DNA from: a virus
Taxonomy: Duplodnaviria > Caudoviricetes
IMG/VR virus record: IMGVR_UViG_3300048587_000101
Location: 1 to 24,152 of that record
Reading direction: 5' to 3' (one strand)
DNA: 24,152 nt
The notes beneath the pieces were generated by a model. That model worked only from the letters and a program-made list of their open reading frames with translations. It searched no databases and was not told where the DNA came from. Of this stretch, positions 1-9,311 are shown piece after piece. The first letter of the stretch is position 1. Every line of letters begins with the position of its first letter. A program made the translations under genes and the position numbers.

Positions 1-29
1 CGGGCGCACGCATTTCTAGGGGTGTTGGT

Positions 30-395
30 ATGCCAAGGTTGAAGGCCATGCCGTCACGCCTCGGCACAGTGTCCCTCAAGCTGCGCCCAGTCATGGGGCA
101 AGGCGCGGACAGGGACCAAACCCGCGACAAGATCGAAGGATGGCGTGCCTGGTATCACTCGGCTGAGTGGAAACAGTTGCGCATGCAGGTGCTGACCGAG
201 GCACGGTTCACGTGTGCGATGTGCGGCAAGATCGAAGGCAACACGTCGAAGCTGGTGGGTGACCACATCCGGTCGCATCGCGGCGACAGGGCCATGTTCT
301 TCGATCGGGCGAACGTGCAGTGCCTCTGCAAGGCCTGCCACGATGGCGCGAAACAGAGGCTGGACCGGCGGATGGGGGGGGTGGGTAAAGTCTAG
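30..395 (+). CDS. HNH endonuclease (HK97 gp74-like packaging cofactor)
   Basis: CAMC...DHIRSHRGD...NVQCLCKACH motif; lies directly upstream of the small terminase. Confidence 0.92.
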   Translation: MPRLKAMPSRLGTVSLKLRPVMGQGADRDQTRDKIEGWRAWYHSAEWKQLRMQVLTEARFTCAMCGKIEGNTSKLVGDHIRSHRGDRAMFFDRANVQCLCKACHDGAKQRLDRRMGGVGKV

Positions 396-444
396 GACCC
401 TTTTGCCCCCGCACCCGCTCCCCCCTCATCTGGAGGTTTTTTTC
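374..444. other. Probable cos (packaging/cleavage) region
   Basis: G-run (GGGGGGGGTGGG), C-rich tract and T-run between HNH and terS, where cos lies in HK97-like phages; exact cut site not determinable. Confidence 0.55.
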
Positions 445-446
445 TG

Positions 447-968
447 GTGGACAGCGAAAATCAGGGTCCCGAGGGGCAAGGATGCCTCTTCGGGTGGGTC
501 CATGCACCGGGGAAAGGCAAGCGCGGGCGGCCTCAGCATGTCCGCACACCTGAAAGTGCTAACAAAATCAAGCTGTTGCTGGCGCTTGGCTGGTCGAATG
601 AGCGCATCGCGCATGCTATGGGCCTGAGCCTGCCCACGCTGCGGAAGCATTATTTTGCCGAGCTCAAGATTCGGCTGATCGCCCGGGACGCGCTCGAGGC
701 CAAGCGGGCCGAGCTGCTGTGGGCGCAGTGTGAGAAGGGCAATGTCGGGGCGATGAAGGCGTTTCACCAGCTGCTGCTGGACAATGACCGCATGCGCATC
801 GCCGACGATCTGCGCCGTGGCGCGACAGGTGAGACGGACGAGAAGTCGGAGCCAGAAGCCAAGCCTGCGCGGATGGCACCGATCGGCAAGAAGCAGGGGG
901 CCGTCCTGGCGGCAAATGATCTGATTTCGGCAGACCCCGACCTTGGGGTGCGCCGGGGGATGAACTGA
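447..968 (+). CDS. terS: Terminase small subunit
   Basis: GTG start with TGGAGG upstream; RGRP followed by an HTH (WSNERIAHAMGLSLPTLRKHY); abuts terL. Confidence 0.8.
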   Translation: MDSENQGPEGQGCLFGWVHAPGKGKRGRPQHVRTPESANKIKLLLALGWSNERIAHAMGLSLPTLRKHYFAELKIRLIARDALEAKRAELLWAQCEKGNVGAMKAFHQLLLDNDRMRIADDLRRGATGETDEKSEPEAKPARMAPIGKKQGAVLAANDLISADPDLGVRRGMN

Positions 969-969
969 C

Positions 970-2694
970 ATGCTGATGACACCGGCCCGCGCCTTCGACC
1001 CTGCTTGGTCAACAGCGCTGCCGGACTGGAAAGACCGCATCCGCGCAGGCAAGTCGATCGTGCCTGCGCTGCCGCTGGACCGGGCACGGGCCGAGCGGGC
1101 ACTGCGGATCTTCAAGAACCTTCGGGTGCCCGACATCGAGGGCACGCCGACCTATGGCGAGGTCTGCGGCGAGTGGGTCTTTGACCTGGTGCTGGCGATC
1201 TTCGGGGCCTTCGACCCGGTCACCAGCCAGAGGATGATCCGGGAATACTTCGTCCTGATCCCCAAGAAGAACGGGAAGTCCTCGATCTCGGCGGCGATCA
1301 TCGTGACGGCGCTGCTGCTGAATGAACGTCCGAATGCCGAGGCGCTGCTGATCGCGCCGACGCAGAAGATTGCAGAGATCAGCTTCAACCAGGCGGCCGG
1401 AATCATCCGACTGTCCGCAACACCATCGGGAACGCCGCTCGCGAGCCTGTTCTCGGTTCACTCGCACATCAAGACGATCCGGTATCTCAGTCAGGACGTA
1501 CCGTCAGAGATGACGATCAAGGCCGCCGATGCGGACGTGATCACCGGGTCGAAGGCGTCGATCGTGCTGATCGATGAAACCCACGTCTTTGCCTCGCACA
1601 GGCAGGCCGAGGGGATCTTCGTGGAGATCCGCGGGGGTCTGTCGCACCCCCAGAACCGGGGATTTCTGCTGCAGATCACGACGCAGTCGAAGACGCCGCC
1701 GCATGGCGTGTTCAAGTCGGAGCTTCGGCAAGCGCGGGCCGTGCGCGATGGCGATCTGAACGCCTCGCTGCTACCGGTGCTCTATGAGCTGCCGGTGGAA
1801 ATGGCGGTCAACGATGGGTGGAAAGACCAGGCGACATGGCCATTGGTCAATCCGCACATGGGCCGGTCTGTCGATGCCGGATTTTTGGCGGATCAGCTGG
1901 CCAAGGCCGAGGAGAACGGGGACGGCGCAATTGCGCTCTTTGCCTCGCAACACCTGAACGTCGAGATCGGGCAGTCGCTGTTTGGCGATGCCTGGCCCGG
2001 CGCGCGGGACTGGCCGAAATGCGCGCAGCCGGGTCTGACGCTGGATCGGCTTCTGAACGAATCCGAGGTCGTGACAGTCGGCGTGGACTGGGGCGGCGCA
2101 GATGACCTTGCCTCTCTGGCTGTGATCGGTCGGCGGGCCAAGGACAAGGCGTGGCTCTTGTGGACACGCAGTTGGGCCCGGCCGAGCGTCTTCGAGGCGC
2201 GCAAGCTTATCGCCACGCAGCTGCGTGATTTCGAGCGCGATGGCGATCTTGTCGTGGTGCCGACTGGCGAGGAACAGGCGGCGCAGGCGGCTGACGTTTG
2301 CGCACTGGTCGCGGCATCTGGCAAGGCGCCGGCGGCGGCGGCCTTCGGGCTCGACTCGGCGGGCGTTGCGCTGCTCGTCGATGCGCTGGCGGCGTGTGGC
2401 CTTGGTGAGCCGCAGGTGGTGGCGGTCAGTCAGGGCTGGAAGTTGCAGACCGCGATTTCGACGCTTCCGCTGAAGCTGGAAGAGCGCCGTCTGATCCACG
2501 GCGGCCAGCCGATCATGGGCTGGGCCGTGGGCAACGCCAAACAGGAGCTGAAAGGTTCCAACTACATCGTCACGAAACAGGCTGCCGGTGCGGCCAAGAT
2601 CGACCCGCTCATGGCTGTGTTCAACGCGGCCATGCTGATGTTCCTGAACCCCGCGGCTGCGCCGAAGCTTGAACCAAGGATCCGTATCGCATGA
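970..2694 (+). CDS. terL: Terminase large subunit
   Basis: Walker A IPKKNGKS, Walker B VLIDETH, ITTQ motif III, nuclease motifs GVDWGGADDLAS and KIDPLMA. Confidence 0.97.
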   Translation: MLMTPARAFDPAWSTALPDWKDRIRAGKSIVPALPLDRARAERALRIFKNLRVPDIEGTPTYGEVCGEWVFDLVLAIFGAFDPVTSQRMIREYFVLIPKKNGKSSISAAIIVTALLLNERPNAEALLIAPTQKIAEISFNQAAGIIRLSATPSGTPLASLFSVHSHIKTIRYLSQDVPSEMTIKAADADVITGSKASIVLIDETHVFASHRQAEGIFVEIRGGLSHPQNRGFLLQITTQSKTPPHGVFKSELRQARAVRDGDLNASLLPVLYELPVEMAVNDGWKDQATWPLVNPHMGRSVDAGFLADQLAKAEENGDGAIALFASQHLNVEIGQSLFGDAWPGARDWPKCAQPGLTLDRLLNESEVVTVGVDWGGADDLASLAVIGRRAKDKAWLLWTRSWARPSVFEARKLIATQLRDFERDGDLVVVPTGEEQAAQAADVCALVAASGKAPAAAAFGLDSAGVALLVDALAACGLGEPQVVAVSQGWKLQTAISTLPLKLEERRLIHGGQPIMGWAVGNAKQELKGSNYIVTKQAAGAAKIDPLMAVFNAAMLMFLNPAAAPKLEPRIRIA

Positions 2695-3926
2695 GCCTGT
2701 TCGCGCGCATCTTGAACAAGTTCCGGCCCCGTGCCGAGGTCGACAGCGGCAACATTCGTCGCGGCGATGGCGTGTGGGAGTCGTTCACCGGGACTGGTAG
2801 CGGTGCGCCGTCCGAGAAAGAGGCGATGTCTGTCACGGCGGTCTATGCCTGCACATCGCTGATTTCAGGCGCGATTGCCGCGATGCCGATGAACATCTAC
2901 CAGCGCGCCAAGGATGGCGATCTGGCGCAGGACTATGGCCATCCGCTGTGGTGGGTCCTGAACGAAGAATTCTGCCCACGCTGGTCCGCTGCGGCAGGAT
3001 GGTCGATGCTGACGGCCTCGAAGCTGCTCTATGGCGATGCCTTCGCGGAGATCCTGCGGGCGCGCGATGGCAGCATCACCGGTCTGATGCCTCTGCTGCC
3101 GCAGCGTGTGCGCGTGATCGCCACCCCTGATGGCAGCAGGCTGATCTACGAAGTGCAGCCCGATCCGACACTGACGAAAGTGGCTGCCGAGGCCTCAAAG
3201 GTCAGGGTTCTGGATCAGGATGACATGCTGCACGTCCCTGGCTTCGGCTTCAACGGCCTGCGCGGCATGTCGGCGCTGCGCTATTCGCTGCGGCACAGTG
3301 GGCGTCTGGCGATCGAGGCGCAGAAGTTCTCGGTCAACTTCCTTCAGAATGCCGGGCGCCCAGACTTCCTGCTTAAGGCGGCGGGTAACCTGACTGACGA
3401 GCAATGGGCCACACTGCAGGAGCGCCTGGACGCTCACCGGAGCCCGGCCAATGCCGGTCGCCCGATGATCCTCGAGGGCGGGCTCGACCTGAAAGAGCTG
3501 ACCATGCCGATGGAGGAAATGCAGCTGCTGGAGACCCGGAAATTTCAGATCGAAGAGATCGCCCGGGCCTTCAACGTGCCGCCCTTCATGATCGGGCACA
3601 CGGAAAAGACCTCCAGCTGGGGCACGGGTGTCGAAGCAATGGGTGCGGGTTTCGTGCGCTACACGCTGCGCGATCACCTGAACGCCTTCCACAACGAGAT
3701 AAACCGGAAGTTCTTCCGGCGTCCGACGCATTGTGCCGAGTTCGACACTGCCGAACTGGAGCGCGGCGACTTCAAGGCGATGTTTGAGGGTGTCCGGATC
3801 GGCCTTGGCCGTGCGGGCGAGGCCTCGATCCTGAGCCTGGAGGAAGCCCGGCGCATGGTGCGCCTGCCCAAGAAGATGGTCGGCACCGTTCCGACCCAGA
3901 CACCGTCGAAAGGTGATGACGCATGA
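2691..3926 (+). CDS. Portal protein, HK97 family
   Basis: AVYAC, LLYGDAF, MLHVPGFGFNGLRGMS, EEIARAFNVPPFMIG motifs; ATGA overlap with terL. Confidence 0.97.
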   Translation: MSLFARILNKFRPRAEVDSGNIRRGDGVWESFTGTGSGAPSEKEAMSVTAVYACTSLISGAIAAMPMNIYQRAKDGDLAQDYGHPLWWVLNEEFCPRWSAAAGWSMLTASKLLYGDAFAEILRARDGSITGLMPLLPQRVRVIATPDGSRLIYEVQPDPTLTKVAAEASKVRVLDQDDMLHVPGFGFNGLRGMSALRYSLRHSGRLAIEAQKFSVNFLQNAGRPDFLLKAAGNLTDEQWATLQERLDAHRSPANAGRPMILEGGLDLKELTMPMEEMQLLETRKFQIEEIARAFNVPPFMIGHTEKTSSWGTGVEAMGAGFVRYTLRDHLNAFHNEINRKFFRRPTHCAEFDTAELERGDFKAMFEGVRIGLGRAGEASILSLEEARRMVRLPKKMVGTVPTQTPSKGDDA

Positions 3927-4672
3927 GCCGCTACATCCAGATGCGCATGTCCAACAAGGGCAAGGGCGAGTTTCGGGCCGAGAACAACACGATCTGGCTT
4001 TATGACGCGATAGCGGCTGACGATCTCGAGGCCGAATGGTGGGGCGGCATTTCGCCTTCGGCCTTCATCGAAGCCCTGCGCGCCACCACGGGGCCCGTGA
4101 CACTGCGGATCAACTCGCCCGGTGGGTCGGTTTTCGGGGCGCAGGCCATGGTGGCCGAGATGCGGTCGCACCCTGCGCCGATCACCGCGAAGATCGACAG
4201 TCTTGCCGCCTCTGCGGCCAGCGTCATTGCATCGAACTGCGCGACCTGTGTCATGGTTCCGGGTTCCATGCAGATGATCCACCGCGCTTGGGGCCTTGCG
4301 ATCGGCAACTGCACCGACATGCGGGACACTGCCGATCTGCTGGAAAAGATCGATGGCCTGATTGCTGATGCCTACGCTGGCCGCGCAGACGGCAAGACCG
4401 ATCGCGCGGCCTTCGAGGCTATGATGGCGGCCGAGACCTGGTTCACGCCGGAAGAGGCCGTAGCCGCGGGTCTTTGCGATGCCGTCGCCGAAGAAAACAC
4501 TCAGCGTGCCGCCAATCGCTGGGACCTGTCGGCCTTCGCGGCCGCCCCCGAGACGCTGCCCGGGCCGGTGATTGAACCGGACGCGCAACCGAACGCCGAA
4601 GCCATTGCGATCAAGGACCGGGCGCAGCGTGTCGCCCGTCTGAACGCGCGGCTTATGGCCAACCCTGTCTGA
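3923..4672 (+). CDS. ClpP-like head maturation protease
   Basis: RINSPGGSVF (catalytic Ser), LAASAASVIA, MIH, ETWFTPEEAV. Confidence 0.95.
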   Translation: MSRYIQMRMSNKGKGEFRAENNTIWLYDAIAADDLEAEWWGGISPSAFIEALRATTGPVTLRINSPGGSVFGAQAMVAEMRSHPAPITAKIDSLAASAASVIASNCATCVMVPGSMQMIHRAWGLAIGNCTDMRDTADLLEKIDGLIADAYAGRADGKTDRAAFEAMMAAETWFTPEEAVAAGLCDAVAEENTQRAANRWDLSAFAAAPETLPGPVIEPDAQPNAEAIAIKDRAQRVARLNARLMANPV

Positions 4673-4730
4673 GCGCGCCGCGCCGGATACCCCGCCGCGG
4701 ACGCGGCTTAACCACAGAAGGAGTGAGAGG

Positions 4731-5948
4731 ATGTCTCTCCAGCAACTGCGTGAGCAGCGCGGCAAGATTGCGGCTGCGCTTCAGGAAATCGTCAACAAGC
4801 CGGATTACGATCCTGCCACGGACGGTCCTGCCTACGACAACGGCATCGACGAGCTGAACGCGCTCGATGAGCGCATCAAGCGCATCCACGACCTGAATGC
4901 GAAGCTCGCGGATGATACCGCCAGCCAGAACGTCGCCGATGCGGCTGCGCGCCTTGGCCGCGACAAGGGTGACAAGGGCCTCGAGGTTTACTCGAAGTGG
5001 CTGAAGGGTGGCGATCGCGCTCTGAACGAGGAAGACTGGGCGACGATCCGCAACACCATGTCGACCACGACCGGATCTGAAGGTGGGTTCACCGTTCCGA
5101 CCGATATCGCCTCTTCGGTGATCGATGCGCTTAAGGCCTTCGGCGGAGTGCGCGCCGTTGCTGACGTGCTGGTGACCGCAAGCGGCAATCCCATGTCCTA
5201 TCCGACCTCGGATGGCACGGCCGAAGAGGGCGAACTCATCGCCGAAAACGCTTCTGCAACTGATGCGGATGTCGTCTTTGGCACCGTGGCGCTGAACGTG
5301 TTCAAATTCTCGTCCAAGGTTGTGACGGTTCCGATCGAACTGCTGCAAGACTCGGCGGTGGATATCGAGGCGTTTGTGAATGGTCGCATCGTGACCCGCC
5401 TTGGCCGGATCACCAACAAGCTCTTCACCACCGGCACCGGTACCGGCCAGCCCAACGGCATGGTCACGGCTGCAACTGTGGGCGTGACCGCCGCAAACGG
5501 CACGTCGCAGGTGACGACCATCACCTATGACAGCCTGATCGACCTGCAACACTCGGTTGATCCCGCCTACCGCGAGAATGGTGGCGCAGGGTTCATGATG
5601 AACGACCTGAGCGTGCGCCAGGTGCGCAAGATCAAGGATGGCCAAAGCCGCCCGATCTTCGTTCCCGGCTATGAGCAATCGATCCCCGGCGGCGTGCCTG
5701 ACATGCTGCTTGGCTCGCGCCTCATCGTGAACCAGCACATGGCGAACATGGCCGCCTCGGCCCGTTCGATCCTCTTCGGCGACTTCAAGGGCTACAAGGT
5801 CCGCGATGCGCTTGATGTGTCGATGTTCCGGTTCACGGACTCGGCCTACACGAAGAAGGGGCAAGTCGGCTTCATGGCTTGGATGCGCTGCGGCGGCAAC
5901 CTCGCGGACGTGGGCGCTGTGCGCGCCTTCGTGAACGCCGCCAGCTGA
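4731..5948 (+). CDS. Major capsid protein, HK97 fold, with N-terminal delta domain
   Basis: Coiled-coil N-terminus, then GGFTVP, ELLQDS, GTGTGQPNG, ILFGDF; strong RBS AGAAGGAG. Confidence 0.97.
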   Translation: MSLQQLREQRGKIAAALQEIVNKPDYDPATDGPAYDNGIDELNALDERIKRIHDLNAKLADDTASQNVADAAARLGRDKGDKGLEVYSKWLKGGDRALNEEDWATIRNTMSTTTGSEGGFTVPTDIASSVIDALKAFGGVRAVADVLVTASGNPMSYPTSDGTAEEGELIAENASATDADVVFGTVALNVFKFSSKVVTVPIELLQDSAVDIEAFVNGRIVTRLGRITNKLFTTGTGTGQPNGMVTAATVGVTAANGTSQVTTITYDSLIDLQHSVDPAYRENGGAGFMMNDLSVRQVRKIKDGQSRPIFVPGYEQSIPGGVPDMLLGSRLIVNQHMANMAASARSILFGDFKGYKVRDALDVSMFRFTDSAYTKKGQVGFMAWMRCGGNLADVGAVRAFVNAAS

Positions 5949-6021
5949 TCGCAGCTGATTGAGGCAGCACGGCGCGCCGCCTGCGCGCTGTGCGTTCATC
6001 CCATCAAATCGGAGAGCGATC

Positions 6022-6354
6022 ATGTCGAAGAAAACCGAAGAGGCTGCAGTTGATCCTGCGGAAGTTCAGACCCCCGTCGACCAGGCGCAGGGCGAGGCAA
6101 TCCAAGCCGGCGCCGATGATCAGGCAGCGGCCCCGGAAGATCAGGAAGTCGCTGCAGATCCCGAGACGGCAGCCGATCCCAAAGCACCCGACGATCCGGA
6201 AGAGGTTGAGACAGTGCGCGTCGTTTTGACCTGCATCTACGGTGATGCGGTGCCGGGTGACACCGTTGAGCTGGACGAGGAAGAGGCCGCTCGACTCGTC
6301 GCGATCGGGGCCGCAAACCCTGCCTGCATCGCGCCCCAAGCCGCAGAGGGCTGA
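6022..6354 (+). CDS. Small acidic protein after capsid gene, function unknown
   Basis: ATG at 6022 with GGAGA RBS; acidic low-complexity N-part, C-terminal PGDTVELDEEEAARLVAIGAA. Confidence 0.75.
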   Translation: MSKKTEEAAVDPAEVQTPVDQAQGEAIQAGADDQAAAPEDQEVAADPETAADPKAPDDPEEVETVRVVLTCIYGDAVPGDTVELDEEEAARLVAIGAANPACIAPQAAEG

Positions 6355-6355
6355 C

Positions 6356-6904
6356 ATGGCGCCTGTCGCGATCTTGACCATATCTCCACTGCTGGAATCG
6401 GCAGTCGGTCTGGATGACCTGAAGGAACACCTCAACGTCACCCATTCGGATGATGATCAGGTGATCGACGGGATCGGTCAGGCCGCGACAGCCGCCGTCG
6501 AGAAGGAAACGCAGCGTGTGCTCGTGCAACGCGCTGCGGTTCTGCGCCGGTCTTGCCTGCCATCAGGCCGGTGCCCCATTCGGTTGCCGGGCGGTCATGT
6601 GCAGGAAGTCACCGAAATGACCGTCGATGGCGCCCCGGTGACCGGGCTCGAGGTTATCGGCAATTCACCGGCCTTGCTTGTGCCAGCGGCTGACTGGCCG
6701 GTGGTGACGGGTCAAGGCTATCCTGTCACGATCAACTATGTGGTTGGCCCCGCTGTGCCGCTGGCTGATCTGATCCTCGCGGTCAAGATGATTGCAACGG
6801 ACATGTTCGATCGCCGGTCTGGCGGTGGGGCGGATGCCGGGGCGGGTGTTCCAGATGGTGCGGTGCGCCTGATGGAGCGGCATCGAATCCTTCCGGTGTC
6901 GTGA
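6356..6904 (+). CDS. Head-tail connector (gp6-like adaptor)
   Basis: ATG at 6356; VGLDDLKEHLNVTHSDDDQVI and DLILAVKMIATDMFDRR motifs; gene order. Confidence 0.9.
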   Translation: MAPVAILTISPLLESAVGLDDLKEHLNVTHSDDDQVIDGIGQAATAAVEKETQRVLVQRAAVLRRSCLPSGRCPIRLPGGHVQEVTEMTVDGAPVTGLEVIGNSPALLVPAADWPVVTGQGYPVTINYVVGPAVPLADLILAVKMIATDMFDRRSGGGADAGAGVPDGAVRLMERHRILPVS

Positions 6905-7245
6905 TGAGGATGTCTGCCGGGCAGCTCACGCGCCGCGCACAGTTTGAGAAGCGCGGCAGTCTGGAGGACGGTTACGGGAACACGCTGACCGATTGGGCGT
7001 CGGTGTTCTCGCATCTCTGCCACGTTCGATACATGCGCGGCGGTGAATCGGTCATGGCATCGCGCCTGGAGGGGCGTCAGCCGGTCATCATCACCGTCCG
7101 GAATTGTGCCGAGGCGCGCACGATCAGCAGCGACATGCGTTGTGTCATCGATGGGGTTCCATACAACGTCCGCGAGTTTCCGCGACCGTCGCAGGACCGG
7201 CTATGGCTCGAGTTTCTGGCGGAAAGTGGGGTGGCCGATGGTTGA
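6904..7245 (+). CDS. Head closure / head-tail adaptor protein
   Basis: AGQLTRR, DGYGN, GGESVMASRLEG, YNVRE; start could be 6901, 6904 or 6910. Confidence 0.88.
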   Translation: MRMSAGQLTRRAQFEKRGSLEDGYGNTLTDWASVFSHLCHVRYMRGGESVMASRLEGRQPVIITVRNCAEARTISSDMRCVIDGVPYNVREFPRPSQDRLWLEFLAESGVADG

Positions 7246-7651
7246 TGGCGTAGAAAACATGCGCGCCTTGTTCCGTCGCAAGGCTGCGGCGGTCCTGCGC
7301 GCTGCGAAGGCACAGACAACAGCCAGCGGAAATGAGGTCGCAGCGGCCATGCGCTACCTCGCGCCCAAGGACCAGCGCGAGCTGGTTCAGTCGATCCGGG
7401 TCGAGGATGCGGCCAGCATCAAGACCAGCAAAGGGGAGCGCGGCTTCATCGGTGTTGTCGTGAAGGCGGGCGATGCCACGACCATTGTGACGAACCAGCG
7501 CGGGCAGAAGTTCCAGAACGCGAAGCTGCAAGAGCACGGGACAAAGAAGATGAAGGCAAACCCGTATTTCAACCCGGCGTGGCGTCTTAACCGTCGCCGC
7601 GTTCGGTCGGCTATCACGCGCGCTGTGCGTTCAGCCTGGGTGAACGGCTGA
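7238..7651 (+). CDS. HK97 gp10-like tail component
   Basis: ATG at 7238 overlapping the upstream stop; APKDQRELVQSI and QEHGTKKMKANPYFNPA motifs. Confidence 0.9.
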   Translation: MVDGVENMRALFRRKAAAVLRAAKAQTTASGNEVAAAMRYLAPKDQRELVQSIRVEDAASIKTSKGERGFIGVVVKAGDATTIVTNQRGQKFQNAKLQEHGTKKMKANPYFNPAWRLNRRRVRSAITRAVRSAWVNG

Positions 7652-8061
7652 TGCCCGTGCCATCGCTTGAGCTTCAAGCCGCCATCGTTTCTGCGCTGTC
7701 TGGGGATGCCCCGTTGATGGCGCTGGTCAATGGCGTCTATGATCGTGTGCCCAAAGATCCTTGGGGCGCCGTGATGGGTTACATCAGCTTCGGCCCCGAG
7801 TTCACGGTTTATGAGGATGACGACTGCCTCAGCATCGAAGAGATCAACCTTCAGCTTGATGTCTGGTCGCGGCAGGTCGGGCGTGTCCATTGCAAGCAGA
7901 TCGTGGATCGTGTTCGGCAGGTGCTTCTGGCGCTTCCCGAGTTCACCGATCACGCGCTCGTTCTGGCCGAGGCGCCGCTGTCGCGTGTCTCGCCTGACCC
8001 GGATGGCCTGACGATGCACGGCATCATCAATCTGCGCTTTGTGGTCGAGGTGGTCGAGTAA
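7651..8061 (+). CDS. Tail terminator (DUF3168-like)
   Basis: ELQAAIVSAL, VYDRVP, LDVWSR, DPDGLTMHG; gene order. Confidence 0.88.
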   Translation: MPVPSLELQAAIVSALSGDAPLMALVNGVYDRVPKDPWGAVMGYISFGPEFTVYEDDDCLSIEEINLQLDVWSRQVGRVHCKQIVDRVRQVLLALPEFTDHALVLAEAPLSRVSPDPDGLTMHGIINLRFVVEVVE

Positions 8062-8219
8062 TGCCACGGCAGCGCATGTGGCGCGTGCTGCGGGATTTCG
8101 AGTTCATGCCACGACGCGGGGTCATCATGGTCTTCCGGGCTGGTGAGGTCCGGCAAGGCCTGACGCGGGCCTGCATTGCCGTCGCGGGTGACCGTGTCGA
8201 GGAAATCAGGAGCCGCTAG
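8061..8219 (+). CDS. Small hypothetical protein, 52 aa (below the ORF track cutoff)
   Basis: TAATG overlap with the upstream stop; reads MPRQRMWRVLRDFEFMPRRGVIMVFRAGEVRQGLTRACIAVAGDRVEEIRSR; fills the gap before the tail tube gene. Confidence 0.65.
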   Translation: MPRQRMWRVLRDFEFMPRRGVIMVFRAGEVRQGLTRACIAVAGDRVEEIRSR

Positions 8220-8275
8220 GCGGCCCTGCGCCCTTACGCCCTTGGGCAAGGTGTTCACTTCTACAGGAGCCTGAA

Positions 8276-8731
8276 ATGGCGAAACCGACGACCTACGCCG
8301 GGTCGCTTGTCGCGATCTATCTAGAGGGCACGCCTGCCGGGACTTATGCCCGTCCCTGCGGCCTGAACAACCACACCGTCTCGTTCTCCAAGAACACGAC
8401 CGAGGTCAACGTCCCGGATTGCGACGACCCCGAACTGCCGTCTTGGATCGAGCGCGGCGTCGAAAGCCTCGACCTGAGCGCAACCGGCTCGGGCATTCTG
8501 GCGGCCGAGGCGGTGGAAACCTGGTGGGAAGCCTTCAACTCGACCGAGAGCATCAACGCCCGGATCTATGTTGGTGCCCCTGACAACGTGACCACCGGCA
8601 AGTACTGGCAAGGCAAGGTGCACGTCACCGGCTTTGAGGTGACTGGCGAGCGCGGCGGCAAGGCCCAGACGAATATCTCGCTCGTCTCGGATGGCGAGAT
8701 GACCTTCCATGATGTCGTGGCAGGTCCGTAA
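8276..8731 (+). CDS. Tail tube (major tail) protein
   Basis: AGGAG RBS; PCGL, VPDCDDP, VTGFEVTGERG, LVSDG motifs; gene order. Confidence 0.9.
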   Translation: MAKPTTYAGSLVAIYLEGTPAGTYARPCGLNNHTVSFSKNTTEVNVPDCDDPELPSWIERGVESLDLSATGSGILAAEAVETWWEAFNSTESINARIYVGAPDNVTTGKYWQGKVHVTGFEVTGERGGKAQTNISLVSDGEMTFHDVVAGP

Positions 8732-9147
8732 TGGAGCCGATCCGGGCAAACTGGCCGAGCGGGGAGGATGAATTCCTCCTCCGCATCGGCGAACTGGAAG
8801 CGCTCGACGATCTGACCGAGGCGGGTGTTCTCGACCTTCGCTATCGGCTGTCGCAGGGCGCGCAGCGCGGCAGTCTGGCATTCGCCCCTGTAAAGGTCCG
8901 CGAAGTCATCAATTGCCTGAGGCTGGGTCTTATCGGAGCTGGCATGGATCGCTTCACTGCCGATCGGAAAGCCCGCCAAGCCTTCGAGGAAGGCGACATT
9001 GGCGAGCTGAACCTGCTGGCGTTTACGATCATCAGTGCGGCTTTCGCCGGGAAGGAACACGACCCGGTGGGGGAGGCGGTGGCGGCGGCGGGGCCGCCCG
9101 CATCAAATTCTCCCGCCTCTACGGAAACGGCGCAGCCATCGGAATAG
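8731..9147 (+). CDS. Tail assembly chaperone (gpG equivalent, GTA-gp10-like)
   Basis: FLLRIGELEAL and LRLGLIGAGM; lies between tail tube and tape measure. Confidence 0.85.
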   Translation: MEPIRANWPSGEDEFLLRIGELEALDDLTEAGVLDLRYRLSQGAQRGSLAFAPVKVREVINCLRLGLIGAGMDRFTADRKARQAFEEGDIGELNLLAFTIISAAFAGKEHDPVGEAVAAAGPPASNSPASTETAQPSE

Positions 9148-9311
9148 CGCCGTCCGAGATTAAGCGCATGTCCCTCTGGGAGCTCGAGGCTTGCCTCGAT
9201 GGCTGGAACCGGGCGCAGGGCAGCGGGCACCACTACAACGGCGGGCCGATTTCCGACGCCGATTATGAAGCCTTGTGCGAAATAGGAGACAGGTGGAATG
9301 GCAGAGACTGA
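9069..9311 (+). CDS. -1 frame extension of the tail chaperone (gpT part of gpGT)
   Basis: Open -1 frame after G GGG GAG; encodes FSRLYGNGAAIGIAPSEIKRMSLWELEACLDGW and overlaps the tape measure start. Confidence 0.8.
   Translation, partial: GGGGGGGGAARIKFSRLYGNGAAIGIAPSEIKRMSLWELEACLDGWNRAQGSGHHYNGGPISDADYEALCEIGDRWNGRD

Noticed and set aside
3674-6023. Long antisense ORFs (3674-4765, 363 aa; 4653-6023, 456 aa) and similar ones elsewhere
   Set aside because: Shadows of high-GC coding genes; no motifs or RBS.
5959-7237. Upstream starts given by the ORF track (5959, 6242, 7043; also 8913, 22628, 22712)
   Set aside because: Downstream ATGs with better RBS or coupling, or a frameshift in the case of 8913, explain these frames better.
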